Shown here piece after piece: positions 1 to 12,255 of a stretch of 64,000 bases of DNA (the stretch's first letter is position 1; every line of letters begins with the position of its first letter). Source of the DNA: Zygnema circumcarinatum SAG 698-1b (lineage: Eukaryota; Plantae; Zygnematophyceae); NCBI GenBank assembly GCA_037447605.1, contig CM074806.1, forward strand, positions 4,278,001 to 4,342,000, given 5' to 3'. The notes beneath the pieces were generated by a model, which made no database searches, was not told the origin of the DNA, and saw nothing but the letters and a program-made list of their open reading frames with translations. The translations under genes were made by a program, and so were the position numbers.

Positions 1-181
1 GAGAACGGCCCTGCAAGTATGTACGGTATTCAGAGACAAGGGCAGGGCAGGGCCTTGGAAACCCTAATTTTTTCTCGGTCCGTTGCAGGTTGGAGGGGTC
101 AGAAGCAGAGCCGGAGGAGAGCATATTCCATTTTTTGGGTGGTTTTTCCTCTGCACCGAGGGGGCGGGAGAGAGAGGCGTC

Positions 182-2185
182 ATGCATCATCCGGTCAGAG
201 GCGGAGTTCGAGGAGGGAAAGACCGTAAGTCATGCGTTTTTTGTACGGAAGAGAGAGAGAGTAGGGAGATGAGTCGGGGAGAGAGTGAGTGGTAGGGAGG
301 GGAAATGGTATGGAAGGATGACTGAGAGCGGGGAGAGAGAGGCGGGGAGAGAGTGTTTATGTGGGGAGGGAGAAGGAGAGGGAGAAAGTAAGGAAGCTCG
401 TGTCACCTTAGTCAGTAGCTTCTATTGCTAGGGCACAGTTATTCGTTTCTCGCCTGTTTAATTCTCTTAAAAAATATGCCGCTTCTTCCTTCTAACATCC
501 CTTGCAGCTAAATTCAAGAAAGTAATTCAACTTCGTGTTGAATGATGGAACTTCACAGAATTTAAATGGGATGATGTTAAAGCCGACAAGTATCGGGAGA
601 ACTACCTCGGCCACAGTCTCATGGCTCCAGTTGGCAGGTGGCAAAAAGGTGAGCCTTCTTTCTTAACATCCTGGAGCTGTTAGACTTATAAGGAAGAAGG
701 GAGTAAGGACAGCAGCCTTAACAGTCCCTTGACTCCTGTTCCTTTTCCTTTGTTTGTGCAGGCAAGGACTTGCATTGGTACGCGAGAGACGCAAAAGACT
801 CCGCTGCGGATGCGGATGCCATGAGAGACGAGCTTAAGCGAGTTAAGGAGGAAGAAGAAAGTTTAATGGCAGAAGCTTTAGGATTGGCTCCCAAGAAAGA
901 TCGAGGGCCCAAACTTGGCGGGGCGAATTTAGATAAGCATGAATCGGAGCAGCTGTTCAAACGAGGGAAGACGACTGAGCAGGTGAAGCCGGAGTACGCG
1001 GAGGGGGAGAGAATTCAAGGCCTGGGATTTGCTCCGTAAGTGCTACTTGGAAGACCCTTCAACCTTGAAATTGTAGTCGTGCTTGACCCCATAAATCCAT
1101 TGAAATTTATTGAAATTATTGAAGACTGCTGTTTGTGACATTCACTCAATCATGTGTTTCCTTAAGAAGATCGACAGTCAGACAGTTAGCAGGAAATTCA
1201 CTGGAATTCATTCGTGATGGCAATTGATCATGAATCAGGGTAACAGAAAAAATCTGCTCACATGTCTGGAAACAGTACTGTCCAAAAGTAATTTGTTTCA
1301 TTTATTTTAACGGAGAAGTTCTTATGCCCTTCTTAATATGGAAGTTGGCACTGCTGCTTGTGTCTCTGCAGCGCTCCATTTCATGTAGCGAATAAAGGAG
1401 CAAGCAAGGCTCTGGAAGGGAGTCGCAAGGCTGATAAGGAAGCACAAGGTCTTGACGAAGGAAGAGCAGCGACACATACGAAAGGAAAAGAAGCCGCTAA
1501 ACAGGAAATAAATTCACTTAAGTCGAAGCAAGAAGGGGAAGAGGATAGGGAGGAGGGAGCAGGTGGAGGAGAGGAGGGAGAGAAGGCAAGAAGGCCGCGA
1601 AAAAGCCACCAACAGAAAAAGCAGGAAAAGCTAGAGCGAATGGAAAGGTTGAAGGGCAAAGTGAAGGTGGGAAAAAGAGATTTGAAAAGGCAGAGGAGGG
1701 AAGAGAGGACAGCGAGGAAGAGGGCGAGGAGAGCGGAAAGGAGAGCCTTGGAGGAAGCGAATCAGAGTAGTGAGACGAGCTCAAGTGAAGACGAGAAGTC
1801 TGACAAACTTAAGGAGAGAGATGAGAAAGAGGCAACTGTTAGGATGGGTGAGGCTGGAGAGAGGGAACTCGGCACAAGCAGCGAGAGGGAGGGGACGGAG
1901 AGTATGAGGGACAGGGATCGGGAGAGTGATAGAGTGAGTAGAAGGAAGAGAGACATTGGTACTGAGGATTGTAGAGAGAAGGACCGAGGGACGGAAAGGC
2001 GAAGAAGTGAGGAAAAAGAGCCGACACGTCGAAGTGAGGGGACAGAGAGCAGACAGGAGAGACACAGAGAGAGACGGAGGGAAGCGGGACGGACCGAAAA
2101 AGGCGTGAGTGAGAGTGGGAGAAAGAGAAGTAGAGAGGTAGATGGTCGGCCAAAAATGAAGAGGCACGACTCTGAGGATGATTAG
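182..2185 (+). CDS. Multiple myeloma tumor-associated protein 2 (MMTAG2/C1orf35)-like protein with a long charged low-complexity C-terminus; 4 exons
   Basis: Exons 182-224, 559-648, 762-1035 and 1372-2185 join in frame through GT-AG introns. They give [54 protein letters not shown], the MMtag N-terminal signature, followed by an R/E/K/S-rich tail. Confidence 0.9.
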
Positions 2186-2763
2186 CCCCCCTTTCTTTTC
2201 CTTTTCGTCTTTTCTTGTTACTGCTTTTGTGAGGGCTACTGGTGCCAAGCCTTCAGAGCTCTAAGATAGACCTGGAAGAAATCAAACTCCTTAGGTTTTG
2301 TCGATCTATAGGGTTTTTTGCTTATTTGACAGTCTGAATAAATTGCTCACTCGCAATTCCTTTTCTGCGCTTTTCAAGGCGTTTTTGACAATCAAAGGAC
2401 AACGTGTTTCCAAATCGATTCTCCCTTCCAATTTCAAAGAATTGTTCAACAGGTGAAAGTGCCTGCTCATTCAAGGCTCTGTCGGTAGAATAAGAAACCA
2501 TTAAAACCGCGTCATACAGTCAGTTATTCTCCTGCTCCGTTCAGGATTCTGAACCTGTCGTACACAATATCAAGGAATTAACTTAAACCTGAATTAACAA
2601 AACAGTGCGCGGAACAAAGTTCATGAAGCTGTATACTGTTCACAGTTGCAGTAGCTACATTTCGATTGAGTACGACGAGAGAGCACCCTAAACACTAGTC
2701 AAATTGCATTGACTTATCGCTTACCAGAGCTGAGCAAGCCTGGTTCCTGCTTAAAGTATTGTG

Positions 2764-3634
2764 TTATGTCTCCAACGGGCTGAAGTACTTCCTGTCAAGA
2801 AGGTAAGCCCCTGTTGCAAACCGGATAGCCCAAACATCCTTCGGTCTTTTGTCAAGTATCCTGCATCCAAACTCCATACAATCCCAAACAGTTATTCGAG
2901 AAAATGATCAACTGGCGAACCGACAAAGCCTGCACAGAAAACAGAAGCTACTAAATGATCATACTTCTGCAGACCTCCTCAAATAGAGAAGGGGAATCCG
3001 TTCAGAACCAGCAATAACATATCGCGTTGGCCAAAGCAAAACCTAGAAATGTTACCATGCCCACCTGCCAGCATCTCCAACTTTTACAATGTCTTCATTC
3101 AGTCTCATCATCGGCATTGGCTCCGCCGTTTTCACATATGGAGGAGCCTCGATAATAATTATAGGACTTCCCACCTCAAGTTCTTGGCCTTTCCTCTCTC
3201 CCGCAGAATCAGGGCCTGAAACAAGCAAATTCAAGTGAGAAAAATTTGGTAAAGCTTGCTGATAAATAATCAGGTTTACATGATAAATATGAGATTAGCT
3301 AAACAGTTGCGCCACATGAGGACAGTTGAAGACAGGGTTATCCACAACGCTGACAACTTTGCATGAAAAAAATATACAAGGTCCTCGATTCAGCCATTGC
3401 AAGTCCACCTGCAGGTGTGATCTTCCTACCTTCTCCCGCCATGGCTGCAAGGGCTCCGACCCCGACAGTCCAGCGATTCCGCGCAGATGGTCGGAAGACA
3501 CATTGTGTATGCGAGGCCGTTTTTTTTGAGCTGGTTTTGGTGAAAGAAGAAGGGGGACCAAGGCCGAAGGACGGAGAGAAGGCCTTGGAGGAGGCGGCTA
3601 CAGGAAGGCCACACGCAGGAATGCAGGCAGCCAT
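2764..3634 (-). CDS. CRR42: Plastid-targeted DUF3148/SipA-like protein, probable homolog of the NDH assembly factor CRR42; 3 exons
   Basis: Exons 3634-3409, 3215-3065 and 2860-2764. A Ser/Ala-rich transit-peptide-like N-terminus is followed by GSPIIIIEAPPYVKTAEPMPMMRLNEDIVKVGDAGRILDKRPKDVWAIRFATGAYLLDRKYF, which matches the cyanobacterial SipA / plant CRR42 pattern as I recall it. Confidence 0.78.
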
Positions 3635-3669
3635 ACTTCTTGTCGGCTTGCAACTCCTGATGTCTTCTT

Positions 3670-3838
3670 CCTAACCCTAACCCTAATTCCAGCCCTAATT
3701 CAAACCCCGACCTTAATTCCAACCCTAATTCCAAACCCCAATTCCAACCATAACCCTGATTTCAACCCTAACCCTAACCCTATTCCTAATTCTAACCTCC
3801 AACCCTAATTCTAACCCTAACTCTGACCCTAACCCTCA
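3670..3838. repeat. Degenerate telomere-like (CCCTAA/CCCTAAT) array just upstream of the CRR42-like start codon
   Basis: Directly visible run of AACCCTAA variants. Confidence 0.85.
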
Positions 3839-4267
3839 GGGTGCGTTTTCATGGTCCAACTTCATTCATTTCGTTGAACGAATGCTGATGTGGTTCAACA
3901 TTGCTGATGCAACTTCGCACGTGCGAACGGTGGATCGGGTTCCCGAAACCCTAAATAATGCGGATTTCGCTTTCGTGCCCGAATAGAAAAATGGGGTAAA
4001 CTTGCGAGATCCAAATTATTAACGAAATAACGCCACGTGGCACACCCAGCGGAAGCGCGATTAGGGTTTAGGGCTGAGTTAGAAGAAAATTCTCTCCGAC
4101 ACGTCGGCATTCGTGGTTCAGAATGTACCACGAATGCCGACGTGGAAGCCACGTGGCGATTTCTCTTTGGCGAACGTGGCGCCCTCCGACATTCAGCCGG
4201 CTCTCACGTGCGAGCGGTTTTCATTCAACATCGTTCAACCGGTTGAATGTAAAAACTTCGACCATCT

Positions 4268-4446
4268 CCTCGTGGTTCCCCATGCTGACTTTGTCCATGT
4301 ACATTTGATGGCGTCGCCATCGTGTGATCGATGCCCCATCTTCCCTTTTTTATTTTGTTCCTTTGTGACCGGTTCTTAGTGGTTCCCCACGCTGATTTTG
4401 TCCATGTACATTTGATGGCATCATCGCCATCGTGAGATCAATGCCA
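4268..4446 (+). repeat. Two tandem copies of a dispersed ~90-bp repeat family (other copies ~12053-12130, 44295-44382 reverse, 44916-45000, 60590-60678 reverse)
   Basis: Shared core GTGGTTCCCCATGCTGACTT(T/C)GTCCATGTACATTTGATGGC...GAGATCAATG, compared by eye. Confidence 0.8.
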
Positions 4447-4463
4447 CATCCTCTTTCTTAATA

Positions 4464-4655
4464 GGGGGAGTCAGACCTTGACCATCGTTTACGAAATTCC
4501 CGAATTCATACTAAAAGTCACTTCTTTCGTGTACGAATTCCGGGTCGGGATCTGCGGCTCCGCCGATCCCAGCCGTACCGAAATGCGTACCTAGCCAATG
4601 CTTAATTCGCCCGACGGGCTTACGAAATTGATTGGCGTCAAGGTCTGACTCCCCC
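4464..4655. mobile_element. 192-bp MITE-like element with perfect 19-bp terminal inverted repeats
   Basis: GGGGGAGTCAGACCTTGAC (4464-4482) and GTCAAGGTCTGACTCCCCC (4637-4655), flanked on both sides by TAATA (4459-4463, 4656-4660). No ORF. Confidence 0.75.
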
Positions 4656-5370
4656 TAATAAACAAACTTCGGTTTCGGAGGTTTGCGAACTCTCCGCAGC
4701 GGTTTCCAACTTTTTCATTCAACCATGAAAACGTGCCCTAACCATAAGTCCGTACATATGTACCTCATGTATGTACAGTACACGTGGCGAGTCACATTGG
4801 CTAAAACTTCGCGGTAGAAGCAGAAGGCCCTCCCAAATCTTTTGGCTCCCAGCTCCAGGGAACGGTACGGCCGTTTCGTACAGGTGGTCGTACAGGTTGA
4901 ACTTTCCCTCGAACGAGTGCCGCCGAATGGAGCGCAGAGCCTGACAAAAAGATGGTCCTCCTGTCAACTGAAAGGTAACCGTAGGTATTTATGTACGAAT
5001 CGTACATGGTTTCGTACAAAATGTGTACGATACAGTACAAAATCTTGTAGAATGGTTGACGTTTCGTGATTCCGTACAGTGTCTCCTGTGTGCTGAAGCT
5101 GTCAGCTGCTGTCAGCAAATGCAAACTGGTAATACTCGCTTGCTTTACAGGTGTTGCAGCTGAACGGTTGGATTTTGATTTTGAAGGAATGGTACTGGAA
5201 TGATTAGACTCTGTTTTTTTGTTTCTAAGGAAGAGCGCCTGTTTGTTTATTATTGTTGATTTGTAAATAGAAGTTATTTTGCAGTTGTAAGCAAAGGAAT
5301 GTGAGGCAGTTGAGTTCGTGTGTCTGCATTTCTGCAAGAGCAAGCCTCTCTGCATTATTCGGCTGCCGCC

Positions 5371-8300
5371 ATGGAAAATGCGGTACGGAGAGTTGGAAAA
5401 TATGAGCTCGGGCGGACGCTTGGCGAAGGCACGTTTGCAAAAGTGAAGTTTGCAACGAATACAGAAACCGGAGAGAGCGTGGCGATGAAAGTGCTGGACA
5501 AAGAGAAGATTCTGAAGCACAAGATGGTGGATCAGGTCAGCTTCTTTTTCATCAGCGTTCGTCCTAATGCGCTTTTCGTAGTTCTCCGTCATCATCCATC
5601 GGCCTTTTAACCTTGCAAGCTCGTTGAAGGCTTCTAAATAATGTGGATCTTGTCGAAATGAGCGACCTTCCTTTCTTACTTGATTACTTTTCCGTGCTGT
5701 CTCGGGCTCTCCTTGCCCTCTGGATTAGAAATGCGTGCATGTTTGGAAGATATGACACGCCAACTGTCAAGTCTATTGCAAAATTGTTTTTTTCTTGCTT
5801 GTTTTTCTGCTTCTACAAAATGATGCTGAGGTAGGGTGTATCCGGAAACTGAATCCGCATCCAAACAAGCCTTCAATCTGTCCTTTTGGCGATGCAGATA
5901 AAGCGGGAGATATCAATCATGAAGCTTGTGAGGCATCCACATGTTGTACGTTTGCACGAGGTAAATCGCTTTCCTAGCTCTCGCTGGCCTCCTTTACGAC
6001 AGTCGGCGGCAAAGCGTTATTTCAGTGTGCTACATTCTAGAATGTCAGTTTTTGTGGAAACAATTTTTTTACGCTTCGTTTCTGATAATCCACGCCTCGC
6101 TTCCTTCCATTTCTGATCTAGGTGTTGGCTTCTCGGACTAAAATCTACATAGTGTTGGAGTTTGTGACTGGTGGCGAATTGTTCGACAAAATTGTAAGTC
6201 GCAGCCCGTGAGCATTTTGTCTCTCTTGACGAAACAAGCTGAAAGTGTAGTGGAAGGTTGGGACTCAGGTCGAGTGATATTACCAGCTTAAACGTGAGTT
6301 TTAGCGAATCGAAGTACGCAAGGTGGCTTAGTTTAAAGGATTCGATAGAGCTTGAAAGTGCAATGTTTTCACCGTCATGATAGTTTCAAATTGTCTTTGC
6401 AGGTGCATGAGGGAAAATTAAGCGAAGATGAGTCTCGAAGGTATTTTCAGCAGCTGATAGATGCTGTGGAATTCTGCCACAAAAAGGGCGTTTACCATAG
6501 AGATCTGAAGGTAAGACATTTATTTATTGTCTTTAGCTAATCTGGAGCACCTCAAATTAAATGAGTTCTATACCACACCCCCACACACTCCCCCCTTTCT
6601 CATTTCTCCCTGCCATTGCTTTGGAGTTCCATTAGGCCTCAGCTTATCCTTTGCTGAATATTCAGATTTTTTTCATTTGCTCTGCAAAAATTGACATCAG
6701 TAAACGTTCTCTGTTTTACAGCCTGAAAATTTATTAGTTGACTCCGATGGCGACTTAAAGATATCAGATTTTGGCCTTAGTGCACTTCCTCAGCAAGTTA
6801 GGGTGAGTCCCTTCCTATTCCTAACATATGCAAGGCGAGATGCAGGTTATGTCAACCTTCGGCAGATTCTGATAAAAATGCAAGCGAGAAATGCTTCTTC
6901 TGTTTGACGCTTTATGTCACTGCAATTCTTGGATGTCCAAGTTCTGCTTATGAGCTAAACTTCTAGATCAGCGATTACAAAACCAACGTGCCACTTTCGT
7001 GAAAGAATGCACCCTTGTCCCTCTGCAGGATGATGGACTCCTCCACACAACTTGCGGTACTCCAAATTATGTTGCTCCAGAGGTGAGTGGTTCATAGGCA
7101 CGCCTGTCAATATCTAGACAAGTAGTTCTTGTCTCGAATTGTGAAATTCAGTATGACTTGTCTTGGCTGAGGTGCTTTAAGCCAATCTTTCTTGCTTTAA
7201 ACCAACATCAAGCATTTCGAAGAGTTTTCCCTTTACTCCAGCATGCCGTCCTTGTACATAATGAAGCAATATGTGGAGCACTGTGCAGGTTTTGAACGAC
7301 AGAGGCTACGATGGAGCCATGGCAGATTTCTGGTCGTGTGGTGTAATCCTTTATGTGCTTATGGCAGGCTTTCTGCCTTTCGACGAGGCAGACCTCATGA
7401 CCCTTTATAAAAAGGTGTAGTTTAATCTGAATGGCCCTTACTTGGATTTTGTTCATATGTTTTCTTGTCATCCACAGTCTGAAGTACGTTGTTGTGTCGG
7501 AAGTTGATGCAGCCCGTGATACCCATTCCACTCTTTATCCTGCTTAGGTATTAATTTGTACGTTGTATCTTCTTCCTCAGTGAGAAATCTTAAGATGTTT
7601 GAGGACCTAAGAAGCATATCATATCTTGGAGACAAGTGCTTGATGAGCAATCTAATAATGTTATAGAAGAAACAGCAGTGTTCCTTTTATCCAAGCAGTG
7701 ACACGAATAGCAAAATAGGCCCACTTACCTCTACATGTTTTTGCCCATGGTTCGATTTACTCGCAGATCCATAATGCCGAATTCCGCTGTCCTTCGTGGT
7801 TCTCTCCTGGAGCAAAACACTTAATACTAAAAATTTTGAATCCAAATCCAAAAACGGTGAGTGTTGTTCAGACTGCCCATGATGATCGGAAGCTTCTAAT
7901 AATGTGTTTGAGATGAAGCAGGTTTTGTCTCTGTAGGATTGACATGCCGTGGGATTCAACAATACGTCAGGTTTAGAGATTGTTGTTTATGTTCAGATTA
8001 CTGGCGTTTTGCATTGCAATAGTCTGTCCTTTGAGCATCGGTCTGTCTGTGCATGTTCCTTAAGGGCGAAGCACAGGGTTGCAGAGGATAAAGTACGAAG
8101 AAATACAGAAAGATGAGTGGTTCTCGGTGGGCTACAAACCTTCGCAAAAAAGCGCTACGGAACACACCAACTTGGATGACGTTGATGCTGTCTTCAGCAA
8201 TTCTGAGGTGTGCAAGTCTATCCAGCCATTTAGGTGACTTGGACGACTGGAATTCTGGGGGATGCTCAGATTATGGACATCACCATCCAGGCAGCTTGAG

Positions 8301-10602
8301 CAAAGTTTTAAAGGGTGCTTGCATGATTTAGGGTTGCGGATGTTGGCTGTTGGAGACTTGATCCCTTGATCCCTTGATCCCTTGATCCTTTGATATATAT
8401 ATTGGATTTACTAACAATCAACATATTTGGATTAGCAATGGACTCTCAATCTACTAAGGGTACAGAAAGGAAAAAACGTAGGAAGGAATACGTTAAACAA
8501 TGGAATGGAATGAACTGAATGGAGTCGATGGGAATGGTTGATCTATCGATTTTTCAGGCAAACCATTTCGCCCTCCTATCACTGCTTCCACTCTCCTCTG
8601 CTGCCTCTGTTGACCTTCTGCTGTCAATGCATTCTCTTCAGATGTTATACTCTAATATTGTATGGGTCGGAGGGGGTTGCCTTACTGCCTACAGGATCAG
8701 CATGTGGTGGACAAGAAGGAGACGAAAGAAGTAGGACCCGAGGCCATGAATGCATTTGAGCTGATCGCTCTCTCTCAGGGACTGCAGCTTGGCGCCATTT
8801 TTGAAAAGAAGCAGGTATGGCAACTACTTTTTCCTTTCTTTTTCTTGATACATGCGCTGGGATAACTTGGTCGAGAATGACCTGAGAACGAATCATTCTT
8901 CGTAAGGATTTTTTTCGTGAGAATGTTGCACTCTTAGGAGATCGATGAGCGACAGACTAAGGTTGTAAGGACAGAGCTTGAAAATTTTAGAGAGTTTGTA
9001 GCGTGCATTCGCTTGCATATACAGCGGTATTGTTCATGTTTAATAAGTCCAATTGTGGGATACGAAGCTTGCCATGCATTCTTCAAACAGTTTTCAACCT
9101 GTTCAGTGAACTCATCGATGATATCGCTATGTTTTGTGTATCGTCTGTCCACTTCCATAAGTCAGGTGTAGTTAGTGTTTGACGTTAGCTATTTGTTAAA
9201 GGGATGCAGCGGCAAGATTTGGTCAAGCGACAAACGCGGTTTACTTCTAAAGCATCGCCGAAGGAGATTTTGACAAAGTTGGAAACGGCTGCCAAGGCTA
9301 TAGGATTTGCGGTACAGATAAGAAATTTCAAGGTATAGTTAGTCCTGCATCCAACAAATGAAAAATGCCTACAAATTTCAAACTCGAGGACTAGTAGACC
9401 TGCCTTTCCGTCAGTCCTTCTCTAAAACCGTCAAGTGAATTTAAGTAGAACTTGACCCATTGCTAAAAGGCTAGTGAATGTTTTGATCACCCGCTTACGC
9501 TCCTTCAAGAATTGCATATTTACTTGCGTTGTGTGTGGATTCGTGCTTTGCAGATGAGATTGGAAAGCGCAGCGACTGGCAGGATGGGCTTTGTATCAGT
9601 GGCTGTGCAGGTAACCCCCTTTGGCTCCCTTTGGTGTTAACATAGTCAGGTTCTTGCAGAAGCATAGTAGGATCTTTTCAAGCGTCCATAATTTGCGCAC
9701 AGTGGTCATACTTGGAATGTTTTTCAATCATCAAAGAGTGACGCGTGAAAGCGAGAGGAAGTATTTCAGCCTTTCCAGCTGATTTTCAAGTCCCTGAAAG
9801 TGCTTCTGTGAATGAACACAGTATAACCCATAAACCATTGAAAACAAATTCATTTCTGGCTGAAATAGTTTGGACCTCTGTGTTCTCGAAGCCGGAAAAG
9901 TTCATGCTCAAGGAGAGTTTGCTTTCAGGATGCATTTTATGTCCTTTGCTACATCGATTCTGTTTCTTCGTTTCCTTAACATTCTAACAATGTCACATCT
10001 CTTTAATTCCTTTTCCGGGGCCGGACCCGTCTCCTATTTGACAATGAACGAGTGATGAATGGCTTTCAGGTCTTTGAAGTAGCTCCGGGACTTTACATGG
10101 TGGAAGTTCGTAAGGCTGCGGGGGATACCCTCGAGTATCACAAGGTGACAATTTGACTGCGCCTGTTATTGTTTCCTATTTCTTCCACTCCTGCTCTCTC
10201 TCTCTCTCTCTCTCCCCCTCCCCCCCTTTCCTCTCTTGCGCGCTTGTGCACACTTGTCTTGTGTGCCCCCACTCGTCTCTCGCTTTCCATATCTCTCCCT
10301 ATCTCTCATTCTCTCCTTCTGTTCGGTCTCTGTGCGTTGCTCCCTTCCCCTCCCCCGTCCTGTTGCGTCTCATCATCTCGCCTGCTTGCTTAAAGGTCGA
10401 GGCAAAGGAAGATGTCCTCCTTTGCCTCTCTGTAGACTCACCCAAAGCTGAGCCTTATTGTGTACCTGTCGGCTTCTCGCAGTTCTACAAGGAGCTATAT
10501 GCGCGCGTGAAGAATTTGGTGTGGAAGGTGGAAATGGAGACGGAGACAGAGCAAAAACCGCCAAGGGCAGGGCCGCTGGTAGCTGCAAAGGTGGAATTTT
10601 AG
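5371..10602 (+). CDS. CIPK: CBL-interacting serine/threonine protein kinase (SnRK3/CIPK, intron-rich SOS2/CIPK8/CIPK23-type); 14 exons
   Basis: Exons 5371-5535, 5898-5960, 6122-6193, 6403-6510, 6722-6802, 7029-7082, 7289-7414, 7767-7856, 8085-8207, 8695-8814, 9210-9332, 9554-9610, 10070-10144 and 10483-10602, all phase 0. Kinase motifs [21 protein letters not shown] and [11 protein letters not shown] are present, as is the NAF motif [13 protein letters not shown]. Confidence 0.96.
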
Positions 10603-12255
10603 AGGGGCTGTTTGCATGTATTGCTCCCTCCGTTATCTGATTGGACCCACTAGTAATATTATTTCTATCACTTTGGGGGGGGCATACAGATCCTATTCCT
10701 TTCCAATCCTGCTAATAAGAGTCGGCCACTCTGCTCACGCTCTTGGCTTCATAGCAGCCTCCAGTCATACTATAGTTCCATGCTGTCCACGTAAGCTAAA
10801 ACGTTGTAGAGGCTACAGTGTCGGTGAATGCAAGAGGGATCATGCAGATCCGATAGTGTTCTTTTTCCCCCTCTCCCTCTGTCTCCCTCCCCCTCTCTCT
10901 CTCTCTTCTGGCGCTCCTGCAGGGAGTGTACCCTCGCATGGGGATCTTGCCTCGCACACGGTCTGCCAGCCATTCGACAGGAGCTGTGAAGAAGGAATAG
11001 GGCATGGCTTGGACTGCTCTGTTTCCGTACAGCAGGGAATCCCTCCCTCTCGCCCTCCCTGATACCCTCCCTGAGGGGAATGGAAATGTGCACCATACTT
11101 CCTCACCTTGGGTGGGCATCCTTATATAGAGGTGGTTGAGCAGGTAGATAATGTTATGTAAATAATGTAAATTTGTAGCGATATTCTGAGGGCCGAGTTA
11201 TGGTTATTTGTATGGTCAGGGTTAGGGTTGCGGAGAGGAAAGCTCAAGTTATGTGCTGGCTGAATTCTTTGTTGGATAAGAGAGCGAGAGGAGGGAGGAA
11301 AATAGGTTTTTGTGACCGGCCGAGGAAGATAGTTTTTATGACCGGCCTCTCATCCCCCCTCCATAACTAAAAAAAAAAAAACATAAATAAGGGTGTAAAT
11401 ACTTCATCCCCAATGTAGGCTATGGTTCTGCAAACGAATTACAGAAAAAAATCACAGATCTTTAGAACTCGGCTGTGGTTATAGGGAATGGTCAAGTGTG
11501 GGTCTAGTGGACCCTGAACTCTAGAAGCTGCTTCGAGTTTCAGCACGATTAACTATACCGCACTGAATCTCGCAGAGATGACGACGATATTTTAGGTAGA
11601 GGAAGATTGATTAAATATCTGAGAAACATTGTTTGCCACATTATACCACTACGAGTATTTGAACCTTCATCCCATTCTAATTTATAAATACGCTTTTTTA
11701 TAGTAAAGTGATTCGTATTGTGGTTATTCACTTGCAGATTTACATATTCATATTCATAATTCACCTTTATATCATCTTCACCATCGAAGAATTTTAAGAT
11801 TCCTGAAACATTCCAATTCTTGCGAACCCTCGAAATGGGAAAACTAACTAAGGTTCCTGCCGTGAAACCTCGGAATTTCAAACCACTTTAGGGGAGTACT
11901 GCATGTGACCTCCATAAAAAAATTCTTCGGACAGTGCCCCCCACCTTGTGCTAACGCCTTTTGTAACTCCTTGGCTTTACGTATTAAGAAATGCGAAGAA
12001 CCAACTTTTGCAAGAAGCAGAGAGTCCCGCTCATAGCCTTCCTTTCCTTCATAGGTCATTTGTGACCGGTTCACATTTGGCTCTACATTTTGTCTTTGTC
12101 CATGTAAGTTTGATGGCGAGATCAGTGCCAATGCACCCCCCCCTTTGAAATAGAACGAATCCCCCTCTGTACTGTAACAGGAAAACGAGAATTATGTAAC
12201 AGCTGCTGCTAGGCAAGGCGGGGTTGGGCGGAGGAGGAGGGCGTGAGGGGCAGCC

